From Paraphysomonas bandaiensis (taxonomy: Eukaryota > Protista > Chrysophyceae), in contig CBFFRP010000039.1 of the NCBI GenBank assembly GCA_965644295.1, positions 1 through 64,000 of the forward strand: a stretch of DNA of 64,000 bases, written 5' to 3'. The translations under genes and the position numbers were made by a program. Positions 1 to 12,197 of this stretch are shown here, piece by piece; the stretch's first letter is position 1; every line of letters starts with the position of its first letter. The notes beneath the pieces were generated by a model. That model worked only from the letters and a program-made list of their open reading frames with translations, was not told the origin of the DNA and searched no databases.

Positions 1-3000
1 GTCATTAATATACCCAGCTTCGCATGTTACACATTGTCGGAGCCTGGTCAAAGCCATCTATTGCGAAGGTACCAGTACTGTCTTGAACTATGTAATCAGA
101 ATGCCTTGCAGTAAAATTGACTCAGCTTTGTTAGTGGATAGCGTTTGCCTTTGTACTCAGCAATGATGACGTCTGCTGGGAATGTGTTCTTCGCATACGG
201 ATAGTCCTTTGGCAGTGTTATCGGCGCATGCAATGTAGAACTTTGACCAGTCCTGTCCCAGCTGGTGGTATCAAGTGCTGGAGTTGGTCTGATCGTTCGT
301 GTGGTCGTGGATTGGTGTGAGTTGTGAAGGTTCGTTGGTTGGTCACTTTCATCGTAATTTACGACCATTTTGGCTTTCCGGGTTGCTGGCATCGACTTGT
401 CAACGCAGTTTAAAGTGTTTCAACTGCATCTTCCTGTGCGATGGTAGTGCTCCAGGGTTGAAGCCCGTGGAATCTGTCGATTTGTTCGTGCTAATCCTGG
501 TGCTGCTGGACGAGGTTGTTCTGGTGCTGGTCAGTCTTGAGGTCCTATTGTTGTTCGTGATTGAGTCCATGGGAAGTGTAGGTGGAGCGATAAGCCAGAC
601 GTTGAGAGGCATACTGGTGGACAAGGTGTTTTCAAGAGATAGTAGGGCGTTGTCTAGGGCAGCAGAAAGACCGGCAGGGTCTAAGAGGAAGTGAGGAAGC
701 GATCTTTGTGGGTATGACACAGAATACTGAATAGCACTCAAGTCTTCCACCTTCATGCGATGTTATAAGCTACTTTGTCAGTAGGGATACCTACAATGCT
801 GAGATAATTACCATTTTGCGCCCATTGCCGTGGTGTTGATAGTAGAGGCTAAAAGTGTGATCTCTCGCACTGAGAGCCAGTAGCCATGTCGTCCTCCAGT
901 GTTGTTTTGGCAGGTATTAAAAGTGCGGCCTGTGCGTGATCCAACTTATGTCGTAGTGGTTGTGGTGATGGGCCATGCACTCGTTGCATTGTGTCGAACG
1001 CTGGGTGCCTAATGTATTTATAAAAGATGCTAGCGTGTGACGGTCCTTGCTGTTTGAGGTCCACCTCAGACAGGAGCGAGTGTGTCGCCTGCTTGAAGCA
1101 AGAGCCACCTGCAGATGATAGAGTGTGCTGCAAGTGCAGTATCCATCACTGGGATATGCTGTTGTGTGCGAAGGGCTGAGGGTCTGAGGGTGAGGCGATA
1201 GACTCTGCTCACGCCGCACATATGGAGCCTGAGTTGTCGACGGTCTGTGGGGTTCATCTGCCGTAGTTGACGTCGAGCTCTCGGTGACAAGGAGACTGCA
1301 ATTACTTCCCTCTGTTCCTGCTGCTCTCTTTGCTCGCGTAGCATAGATGGTACAGTTGATTGTCCTGTAAGCCCAGATGATGTTGGTGCTCTGTCTGGAT
1401 GGTCTGGTGTTGTAGAAAACAGGATAGCTGCTCCTGAGTTCGTGTTAGAGTGCATGATGGAGGGGATATTTGTTGCATTTAGTATGTGAAACCCATGCTG
1501 GCTGCGTATGATGTCATGGGTTACCACAATGTTGGTAGAAGCGTGCACTGTTAGTGCTTCTGTCTGGAGAATGGTGATAGCTGTGCCCAACCAGGCGCCA
1601 GGTGCGGTTGAACAGCGTCCCATAGTCTGCATGGTATGGAGAGAAGATCGAGTAGCAGTTGGAAATCCTCCGTGTCTAGATGTATCCATGGATCTGAGGA
1701 TTCACGGAGCCACATGTCTAAGGGAGTGGACAGTGGTTGTTGAGGGAATACCTCGGGACAGCAAGGGCATCCGCACATGCCAGATACAACATGAGTGGAG
1801 TCTGCCCAGGGTTTGTTGCCATTCGCGAGATGCTGGGCAACTAGTAGGGCGCTGTGCGTGGTGTCCAATTTGTGCTCTGGTAGCGTGAATGATATCATGA
1901 GATCATAGTTGTCCGTCCTGGAAGCCTTGGCTATGAATCCTTCCCATATGTCTAAACAGGCAGGGGATAGCATGTGTGCGTATATTTCTTTTAAAAGGTT
2001 TCCCTGTGGGGAGGCAGCAATGGTTTGGGTTTCATCATATCTAACCCAGTTGTTCAGCAGATCGGAGTGAAAGGGCGTGTGACCCCGGCCCTCTGTGTAG
2101 TGTAGGGGGTATGTGGCAATATCCTTGGGCAGTACATCCGGCCTGAGGTCAGGAGTGGTAGTGGAGAGTGAGGATGGGCCGTCTGGGGCTAATGCTGGAG
2201 TTCCCATGGTGTTCAGTTGAGTAAGGTTGGTGGTAGGTGGCTTCCGTTTGACTGGGAAATAGTCAAATAACGTTGCATACGGTGTGGTGGCATCCTTAGT
2301 GGGTAAGGGTAATGTGTGGGTGGATTTGCTGGGTCCGTCACCGCTGTTATCGGAGGAGAATTCCTTCCCCTGAAGGGCGTGGGAGGGATGGTTGATGGAC
2401 CTGGCACGGTGGACTCCTTGCATTCCCTTGGAATGACATTGCAACACATTTTGGAGACGCATGATGACGAGGTCAGGAATTCTCTCGAGTAGCGCGTGTA
2501 GTTCCAACTCCACCGGGTATTTGGTGTCCAGGAAGAAGTGATCGTTGGAGCAAAACACATCATAAGATGGAAGGAATTGAGTTTGTGGAAGGAAGGAGGA
2601 ATAGTGGGTGGACCAGTACGCCCAGTAAGGGAGAGGCGATAGTTTGTCTGGGGGTTTTCTAGGAGGAGGTAGAGTGTACTGTGTGTGTGTATGACACTGC
2701 AGTGGTGTTATGAGTGTGTTGGACAGTGAGAGAGAGCTGGTGATGTGTCCAACAGTACAGGTAGACAGGTACATGGACATGGTGATGTGTCCAACAGTAC
2801 AGGTAGACAGGTACATGGACATGGTGATGTGTCCAACAGTACAGGTAGACAGGTACATGGACATGGTGATGTGTCCAACAGCAGTAGAGGTATACACGGA
2901 ATGGTATACATCCTGTAGGACACAGTAGTACAGTAGTCGAGTATACCGTATTATGCGGAATACAGTGTCTATCCAATGAGATGGATGGGCTGTGGGGGTG

Positions 3001-3470
3001 ATAGGTGAACAGGGTGAGGGGGTAGCCTGCTGGGTGGATGGACCACAGACAAACCATGTTGGGTTGGGTTGAGTGGGCGGCAGAAGGCAGCCCTGTTGCA
3101 CAGTTGAGAGGGATCGAGAGTATTCAGTGATTGCATAGGGGGTCCATGGGGGTCGTTTTCGTGAGCCTGCTCGCACGAGCCATGTTCTGAGAGGTTGTAG
3201 CCGTAGAAAGCGATGGGTGAGACGAAGTTGTCTGCTGAGGGGATAGCACGTAGGTGCGGTCAGCGCTGCATTGGTGCAGGCACGTGGTTTAACTGAAGTA
3301 GTTGAGTAGGGTGAAGGTTGCAAGGCCAGGCAGGGGGGCTTGGAGCGTGTACAACATGGTGTGACAGGTAATTTGTCGGAAGCGTGGTGGTCAACAAAAT
3401 GCAGCAGTAAGGGAGTGTAAAAGGCCCTGGGCACACTGATGTGACTCAGCCACAGTCTCAATAGAGACAT
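1..3470 (-). mobile_element. Putative degenerate retroelement-like region with fragmented intronless ORFs
   Basis: Overlapping/broken ORFs (96-392, 400-756, 1066-1689, 1551-3470) rich in Thr/Pro/His. The coding strand is strongly C/A-rich like the LINE remnant at 42.7-43.7 kb, and carries a PPPRKPPDK motif and an internal 42-bp repeat. No RT or integrase motif recognised. Confidence 0.35.
2738..2881. repeat. 42-bp tandem repeat, ~3.4 copies
   Basis: TGGTGATGTGTCCAACAGTACAGGTAGACAGGTACATGGACA at 2738, 2780, 2822 and partial at 2864; 14-aa repeat CTVGHITMSMYLST in the minus ORF. Confidence 0.95.
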
Positions 3471-4768
3471 TGGGCTTGGAGCTGGTTAATAGAGTGAAAC
3501 TTTATGTTGGACTGTATTTGCCATCGTAGGGCAGAGAATATTGTTTACTGTTATATAGGGCGATGTGAGTATGAAAATTGTCACATAAGTACTTATTATT
3601 ATAAATTTTAATGATAATCACAATTTAGATGTTGGATATTTTCAATTTTCAATTACATATATTTACGATAAGCACAAGCACTAGTTTTAGATTGCAATGC
3701 TACATTAGAGTGCTGATTCTCACACGCCTACATTGCTAATAATCAGACATTCACTACGAGCAACGATTCTAGGCGACATGTTTCGATGCGCAGGTGTCAT
3801 TATGACTATATATCAGAATGATTGGTTGCGTAGATCACATTATGCAGAAAAAAGAACTGCCACTACGAAAGCTTAGTGCTTCAAAGGCATTTCATGTAAG
3901 CATTTAACCTGCCGTTAGTAGCTAGAAAACTGCACTATGTTTCATTTATAGTAATATACTTAAAGTAAAATAGTATCTAATCATATGTTGTTGTCTGTGT
4001 ATAAGAATATATAGTTACGTTGATGTGAGATTTTTATAAGTACTATTATTACAGTAGATTTATATGAAAAGTAACACTATAATACAATATTTTAGTAAAA
4101 TGTTTTAAAAATATATATAATTGATAATATACAACAACGAAGTTATAATTAACATAGACTTCAAATAAGTACTTATGAAATCACTCCACATATGAAATCA
4201 CTTTACCAGGTTCACGATCACACCGACTAATAACTAACTTTGCACGACGACTAAAGAGAGTATATCAACAATTAATGATGTTATGTTAGGAATATTAATA
4301 ATAGTGAAACTTAAATATATTGACATAAACTACTATCTAAGATTATATGAAATTGATTGCTAGTAGAGACGTAGAGAATAGAGACTAAATAAATTTTGTG
4401 AAATTGACAATGAACGATATAAAATATTGATTATAATTTTAATAATTTAGTATTGAGTATTGAGATTGACGTTCAGTTATAATTAAGTTTTAAATCTCTC
4501 TAATACGTCAAATGTTGATAAAGATTTTAGTGATTCACATTTCTATATATCATTTTGCTCGTCGAGAGTGGGCACATGGTCCACGCTATTGCGACAGGTA
4601 GGAATGTGTCAAACAATATTATTAAATATATTATGTATATTATTATGCACGAAAAATATAGAGAAAATTTAACTGATCTAAAACTACAAAAAAGTTTGTA
4701 ATCATTAATATTTCATATAACATGATATAAAGTATTTTACTAAACATTCCTCACAATTCAAAAATATT

Positions 4769-6715
4769 TTAATATTTACTCTTTGATCGTTTATACTTTC
4801 CAATCGCTACACCACCATCAGCAGTGTTATGAGTGGTGTGCGTCAGTTGTTCTAGACCTAACAAAAATACGTGAACGCGCTCACTGATATCCGAAATTAA
4901 TACTCACCTACAAAAACTCTTCTCTGTAAATCAGATATATTATCCCCTGTGGAGTACATGCGTGAAAGCATCGCTTTCACGGGCGTCTCAACATGTATCG
5001 ATGCACAGCGTCCTCGCCTATCCACTCCCTGATTGAGCTTCGCTTCCTCATAGCTCTCTGTAGCCAACTGCAATCGCCGTGCCCCTTCAATGTTCAACGG
5101 CAAAACCGTACTACCGAAGTTCGCAGAATTCTTATCATGAAAGCCAAGGCGTGCAATCATTGATCGGATATGGAAGTAGTATTTAGCATACTCTCCCGCA
5201 GTCACTTTGACCTCGTAATCGAGAGCTTCTAGTACTGCAAGCTCCAGTTCATTGATTCGCTGCAAATTAAACACCGGAGATATCTGTGAGAAATCCACGT
5301 TCCACATCGATAAGTCGTCCCATACTTTAGAAGATAGAACCATGCAGGAGAACACTGCGGGGCGCCAATTGTCATATCGAATGCAAAATCGACCCTTCGT
5401 CACCTTTACGAGGCGTTCAACATATATCAAAGTCATGATAATGCATTCTGATTCCATCTTACTGCGGTTGAATGCATTTTCAAAAAATTTTACAACCCGC
5501 CTTAACGATGGCACCTACAGTAATTGTCAAAAAGAAGTACAAATTAGAACCCCTCGCACCCATTCATTGGAATCTTTCCAATCTTTTGAATCTTCAGCTC
5601 TTACGTCATTCTCATAGTTCTCGTCCCTGAACGTATTAAACTGACGTCTGCGGAAATATCACATTCGTAAAAATACAAGAGTAAGAAATCACTGGCTGGA
5701 CAAATACCGAAGGACACACAATATACATGTTGTATAGATACCATATCTCAAAAACCACAATAAAACATCATTGTAACAAATATTTACCGTGGAGATATTC
5801 CCTCCATTTGGGCCTCAATCATATGAGCCCTAATTACGGCACATACACACCGAATAGTTGCTTTGTTATCTTGTTTACTCATAGTTGAGTCGATATATAT
5901 AGTTCCCGTGCTGTTACGCCTCTTCTTTTGTTGAACAAAGTCAAGACAATCAGATTTGCAATCGTCAAGCATATCGTCTAATACACGAGACGGCTTGCAG
6001 TCTGTCACATACTGTTGCTCTTGCGACGGGAGTGTAGACACTCTATCCATGTCTTCACCAGTTACGCGGACTTTCATCATCTCCATAATATCATCTTCAA
6101 ATATTACAATGAGAAAATATATATAAAGGAGACATGAACTTGTAACAACAACACAGAGTTATCTATATGTACCAACTTATACATATACTGCACTGTAAAT
6201 ATTGCATGTAGTTTAGTATACCATCAATGGAAGATATCGCACGAACTAGTCTAATTCCGCCAATCGACCCACGATTTCTCATGACTCCGCTATCCGTATA
6301 GTCCATATTAACATCAGTAACGTCATCAATATCCACAATCTCTTCAAAGACATCATCAGAGGTGTAATGAGAGCTTGCTTTGCGTAAGATATTCCGCTCC
6401 ATTTCATTGAAAAACTGGCGGAGCTCAGCTTGTTTTCGCTCCATCTCAGCGCGCTCTTCATCAGTGCAGAGCTCAGCTGGCTGCAACCACAATGAAGATA
6501 TAGAAGATCTGTTAAGAGAAATACAAGGAATACGGGAATACAGGGGCACCTTAATCCAAGTGGACTCTCTAGTTATGCGGTTGTAATAATACTGACGCCC
6601 TGCTAACTGTCAGACAACTCCGAATAAAGGACTAGAGGACACTGCTACCTGTTTTGGGGTCATCTGCTACTCTCCAATCAGATAGAGGGGAAGCCTGTTG
6701 TTTGTATCCACTCAT
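4769..6715 (-). CDS. WW-domain / cyclin-Y-like protein (multi-exon)
   Basis: Spliced N-terminus (exons 6715-6649, 6599-6550, 6480-) gives WW motif DWRVADDPKTGRQYYYNRITRESTWIKP. Cyclin-Y hallmarks: RRNSTGTIYIDST, CVCAVIRAH, ECIIMTLIYVERL, SKVWDDLSMWNVDF, YAKYYF. Last exon ends TAA at 4769-4771. Confidence 0.85.
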
Positions 6716-7532
6716 GGCGTTGTGAGCGTTGTATGACAGTATCTTTAGAAGATATAAACACTACACAGACATCCCACACTTCATGCTTATCACCTCACGC
6801 AATGCTTATCGATGTAAAGGCTAGTGAGTATCTGTATCTGTGGCCGCAGGGCTGTTGTTGAGATGTGTGTCTATGTATGTATCTGTGAGCTGCCTCTGCT
6901 GCACTGTCACCTGCTCGTAGCATACACAGCAGCACCGTATACAGCACAGTAGTTGCACTTGTATTTGCAGTTGGAGTTGACGTGGTTCTCATTGTCAGGA
7001 AATTTCCAACAGATCCATCACAATATTTTGTTACAGAAATCTGCCTGCAGCTGTATAGTATATCTCGAAAACCCAAGAGTTTTAGATTTCAACTGATAAT
7101 ATATAGTCTAAAATCTTGTTTTTTGAGGTTTGCCAAAAAAAGCCTATATACAATCATGTATACCTGCATGCATGTGTACACATAAGAAAGAATTGTACTT
7201 CTGTGCTGCTGCTGGTGATGATATATCCTTCTATTCTTCTTTCATATTCGAAAATGTAGTATACGTATATGTATACTGCGGTATACAACACAAGAAGAAC
7301 ACTCACCAGAACAACGCATCGATGTCTAGAGTGGAATACTGTTTATACGGTTCCCTCTACGTGATAATCTATAAGTTAAGTGGCGGTATTATGCATGCAT
7401 CTCTCTGTATGTGTATCTGTGTGATGATGTGTGCATGCATCATGCGCATATACCTCCACACACACTCATATATACACACACACTGCAATCCACCTGCATT
7501 ACCAGCCCCTTATTAACACTCCTGCTTCCAAC

Positions 7533-8424
7533 ATGTTGCGTACTATTCCTGCTATTCGTTCTGGTGTAAGAGGCGTCAGATATGCCTCCACATTCTCTCT
7601 GCCTGATCTTCCATATGATTTCGGAGCTGTAAGTTCTATCCATGTGCCGCACGACTCTCATCTATACGCAGCTCGAGCCTGTGATATCTGCGGAGATAAT
7701 GGAGCTTCATTACAAGAAACATCACAACACTTATGTCACTAATCTGAACACAGCTGCTGCTAAGCTCGAAGAGGCTCAGTCGAAAGGCGATGTCAGCGGC
7801 GTGATCGCTCTTCAGCCTGCTCTTAAGTTTAATGGCGGGGGACACTTGAATCATTCCATATTTTGGCAGAATCTGGCGCCTGTAGGCAAGGGTGGAGGAG
7901 AAATGCCTGATGGGGAGCTTTTCAATATGATCAAGGAGCAGTACGGCTCTCTTGAAGATTTCCAGAAAACGATGTCAGCAGCCACTGTTGCCGTTCAGGG
8001 ATCCGGCTGGGGATGGCTAGGCGAGTACAAATATTTTATTTATAAATCCTATCCATGACTACTTACATGCATCACAGGCTATGACAAGTCCTCCCAGAAA
8101 TTGAAAATTGCGACATGCGCCAACCAGGATCCTCTCGAAGCAACCACTGGACTTGTCCCTCTCCTTGGAATCGATGTATGGGAGCATGCCTACTATCTTC
8201 AGGTATCTTGTTAGTGTACCTGATATATATTGACAACGTCCACCCATGGTCTAAAGACTGCAATATTAAGTTTCATTTTGTGTAACTCTAGAGCAATGAC
8301 CAGTGTGCTAATTTTTTGTATTTTGTAGTACAAGAATGTGCGTCCTGACTACGTTAACAACATTTGGAAGATTGTGAACTGGTCGGATGTTGCAGGCCGC
8401 CTCAAGGCTGCCAAAAGTGCGTAA
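7533..8424 (+). CDS. SOD2: Mitochondrial Mn superoxide dismutase (4 exons)
   Basis: Presequence [19 protein letters not shown]; [10 protein letters not shown]|[52 protein letters not shown]|YKNVRPDY. Intron 2 (8021-8077) is GC-AG. Confidence 0.96.
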
Positions 8425-9309
8425 ATGGAGAATGTAGCGCTTGATGATATGCGATAACATTTACTTGCGACACGTTCATGATTTCTCATAGTGAACTGAT
8501 TTGATATAGTAAGCTTTTTAATATTACTTGCTCACAATATTTCCTGAGTCCCCAGCTGTGATACTTCTTGTCTAGTTCAAAGTTTTGCAACTTTTCCACG
8601 TTATGGATCAGCAATAGCAAGCTCATTCTAAGCAAAGCCCAATAAACGTAGTGTAGTGTGTAGTATAAGTATATTGTATATGTTACAAATTGTTGAAACA
8701 AACTGGCCATTGTAAGTTGTAAGCTGCAATTATATCTATATGGCTGGGATGAAACCTTATAGCGTGATATTACTGTAAAGTATAGAGTAGCATCCCACCA
8801 GGAATATTCTAATAATTTCTGAAGTCACTACTCTATAAACTATAAATCTATGTTGTTGGAAAGATAATTAAACCGATCTTGACATTATTCTGCATCGAGA
8901 AAGGTGAGTATACTATACACAACGGCACTACTACATACAGGGTGCACATGAAGGGCACTGCCACTAAAGAGCTTTCATTTTTGGATTCTCTAATAAGGTA
9001 ATAAAACTACTTCGTTTATAGTCAAAAAGTATAGTACCCCACTAGCAGTGCTTCACTCTTTATTTCAAAACAAACATAATTAACACTTATATCAACATTA
9101 TAGGTGTTTGCAACTAAAATATGACGCACGAAAACGAGTGCCACTGCAAATACATATATCATCACAACCACATTCAACCTTGCAAGCCTTAATTCAGAGT
9201 GGCATGGTACCTAACACCTCCACATATCCTTACTAATCACTATCATTTACTCACTGTAACATAATGCCTATCAACATTGTTTTCAATTATACATAAATAT
9301 GCTAAACAC

Positions 9310-11719
9310 TTAAAATTGTCGCACCCCTCGAACAGGAGCGGACTTTCGGGGGATTTTGGTTCCAAACTGGCTTCGAAATTGGTTCTTTAATTTAGATGGT
9401 GGGTTGGTCAGAGCCGGGGGAATATATGACCGCATAGAGATTTCTACTGACGCTACATTATCAGGCTTTGTAGGAGGTCTTGGTATACCACTGACGTTGT
9501 AACTTTTTGATTGGGGACGCTCGCCATGATGTATTGGTAAAGACTTAAACTTGGCTGGTGAGACACGGATTGTCATATCAGATCCAGAACCACGGCGTGG
9601 CCCATCACCTTGCTCAAGTTGTCCGTTAACGCCGCTCAGCGGTGGAGTGCGAGAAAAAGTGGGATCCTCATCACAACCTGGAGGACGAGGAGATGGTCGA
9701 CTACTTCCCGGAGCAGATGTTGAGCAGATACCCATGTCAAAAGAAGTTGTACGAACTGCAACAACATTCGTACGTGGGGAGGGAGCTGGTGGGCTCACTT
9801 GTGGAGCCACAATTCCTAGAGAACCGTTACTTGAGGCTGTTGTCAGAATACGCGACGCATTCCGAGATATCGTTTGGTCCGAAGGTGTGTCTGCGAATCG
9901 TGGCAATGTTAAGCCTTTATCCCCGCCATTCGCAGTCTGTCCCCCGCTACGACTACTGTTGCTACCACTCACTCCCAATAAAACTTTCTTTCGAGAAGTA
10001 GCTGGGCTTTCACCTATGGATTTAGAAGAATCAGGTGGCTTGAAGTCACAGTCAACTCTCGGCACCCACGGGACAACTTCAGCATCCGATACTGGAGTAC
10101 GTGATGCAGAAGTCCTCCTACGAGAGGGCAGAACCTGACCTCTATACTCGCTTCGTTGACGAACTTCTCCCAGAACAGCTTGTCGAATCCGTTGCAATGT
10201 CTTTACTTTGCTCTTGGGAATTCGGGAGCAAGGATTTTGTCCTCGTAAGTCTAACATAGCAACCATACATGCCCTGCCAACACCAGCGTATATAGAGGGT
10301 GTGTACTTCTCAGAGTGAGTGTTGTATGCAGAAGGTGCGGTCACAACTTTCCCTCCTGGGTCGCCATCTGTGGGAGCAACTTCGTTCTGAAACTTGCTCT
10401 GGTTATAATTGCACTCAAGAGTGTAGCTATGAATGATCTTATGATTGAGGTAAGTCGATACACGACCAGAGCCCTCGGCAGTGAGACCAGACTTGGCATC
10501 TCCCGGGTCCACTCGCTGCATATGTTCTTTCGAGAACAGACATCCTTCATAGTCAAAATGCGCTGAATTCATTGCAATGAGCCGACAAAAGAGCTGGTTT
10601 TGGACCTGGTGTTCCATGGAGTCTAGAACATTGCCGTATATAAAACACCCTCTCTTGGAGGCATGAGCGTGGAGATCTAAATACATCGCCATATGTTGTG
10701 CGTAGAGCTCCAGCAGAGCTTTCACTGCAAATATGGAAGGCTGTAACCGGGCACAAGGGGACAGGTAGTGCCGATTGAGATTTTGACCAAACTGGTCCAT
10801 TCGAAAGTGACCGCGGTAGACTCCGTCGGGGTTTAGCATAGGTACCATCTTAACAACATAGCGTCGGCGTAAGGCTTTCGCTCTGAAATCGTTAGGGTCC
10901 ATAAGGAAGTCAAAAATACCTTTCCATGTGTGCTGCGCAGGAACTTCTCCAGGATGAACTCGAGCTGATATAAAAAGAATTTCTTTATTGGGAAACACTG
11001 GAGGTCGAGGGGCAGTTTCAGGGGATAATGAATCAGGAAACAGATCAGGAAGTAGAGCTTCGGTTTCTTCAGAAGCGCCGTTCGTAGAAGAAATAGTCAC
11101 TAGATCAACTCTTAGACCATCCGGAGTGGTTGTAAGCAGCTCTCGTTGAAAAAATATGGCGTCATTCTTAGTCATATCATTGACATGGTCGGCATATCGC
11201 TCGAGGTCGTTTTGTACCATGGTATAAGTATAAGGGTATGTAAAGGCAAACGACACAGCGCCATTGGTATTATCTACAACATGCTCGAACGACAGAGGTG
11301 ATGACTCGTCACTCCTTTGGTGGCGAACTGGGGAGCGAATGCGGACCCACTTGTCGTTGGTCGCTGAACTCTTGTAGACTGGTCTCATGTCGTACTTGTA
11401 CAGCCCAGTGTTCTTGTTCGGGTTCATGATATGCTACAGGTCAACCAATAGATTGTTATACAGTAAATTCTTAACTATAGAAGCTTACCAGTTTGATGGT
11501 ACAGCCATGAGGGAGACCCGTCACACTGAAATGGAACCATGTACAGTGTCGACTCTCGTATTCGGATCCGTGATTGTCGTTAGCGGACCAGAGTCTGTAC
11601 TCATGAGGACGGCGATCAGTCTTCTCGACATGAAGTAAGTTTCCATTGTCAAAATTAGAGGAGAACACCACTCCGTCTATCTCGAACACGTTATGAGCTA
11701 CAATCTTATCTGACCTCAT
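9310..11719 (-). CDS. AGBL5: Cytosolic carboxypeptidase 5-like tubulin deglutamylase (M14D), 2 exons
   Basis: FSSNFDNGNL, WFHF, FAFTYPYTY, SARVHPGE, PMLNPDGVYRGHFR, NLNR, LDLHAH, EGSGRV, YTLECNYN; disordered Ser/Pro C-terminal tail. Confidence 0.9.
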
Positions 11720-12122
11720 GTGGGGTGTGTGTGTGGGGTGTGTGTGTATAGGTAGCTGTAGGTATAAAGCGACCCTATCTGATCAATATCAAGGAGAAGA
11801 ACTCTGACAAGTAAAGGGTGTCTTCACTCCAGTCTCAGTCTCTACTGGTGTGTATATACTCTGCATGTAATGGAACAGCAGCCGGTTACTGTGACTGTTA
11901 TGCTCTGCTCTGAGTGTGTAGAGCCTATAGGAGGATAGCAGGAGCAGCAGCTGGAGGTCAACACAACTCAACTGCTGTTTGTGTGTGGACGCGTACCGCT
12001 ATACCATACCGTACATATATACAGTACATGTACAGCAGTACATCAACTGTATACAACTGTATACTGTAAAGTGAAATATTCATACCCTGCTGCTGCTGCT
12101 GTATGACGAGTATGCCCATAAT

Positions 12123-12197
12123 GTACAGCAGTATGTGTACACCGGTACAGCAGTGTGTGTACACCGGTACAGCAGTGTGTGTACACCGGTACAGCAG
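12123..12197. repeat. 22-bp tandem repeat (~3.4 copies)
   Basis: GTACAGCAGTGTGTGTACACCG repeated upstream of the CCP5 gene. Confidence 0.85.

Noticed and set aside
9551-10138. 195-aa plus-strand ORF
   Set aside because: Antisense to the CCP5 coding exon.
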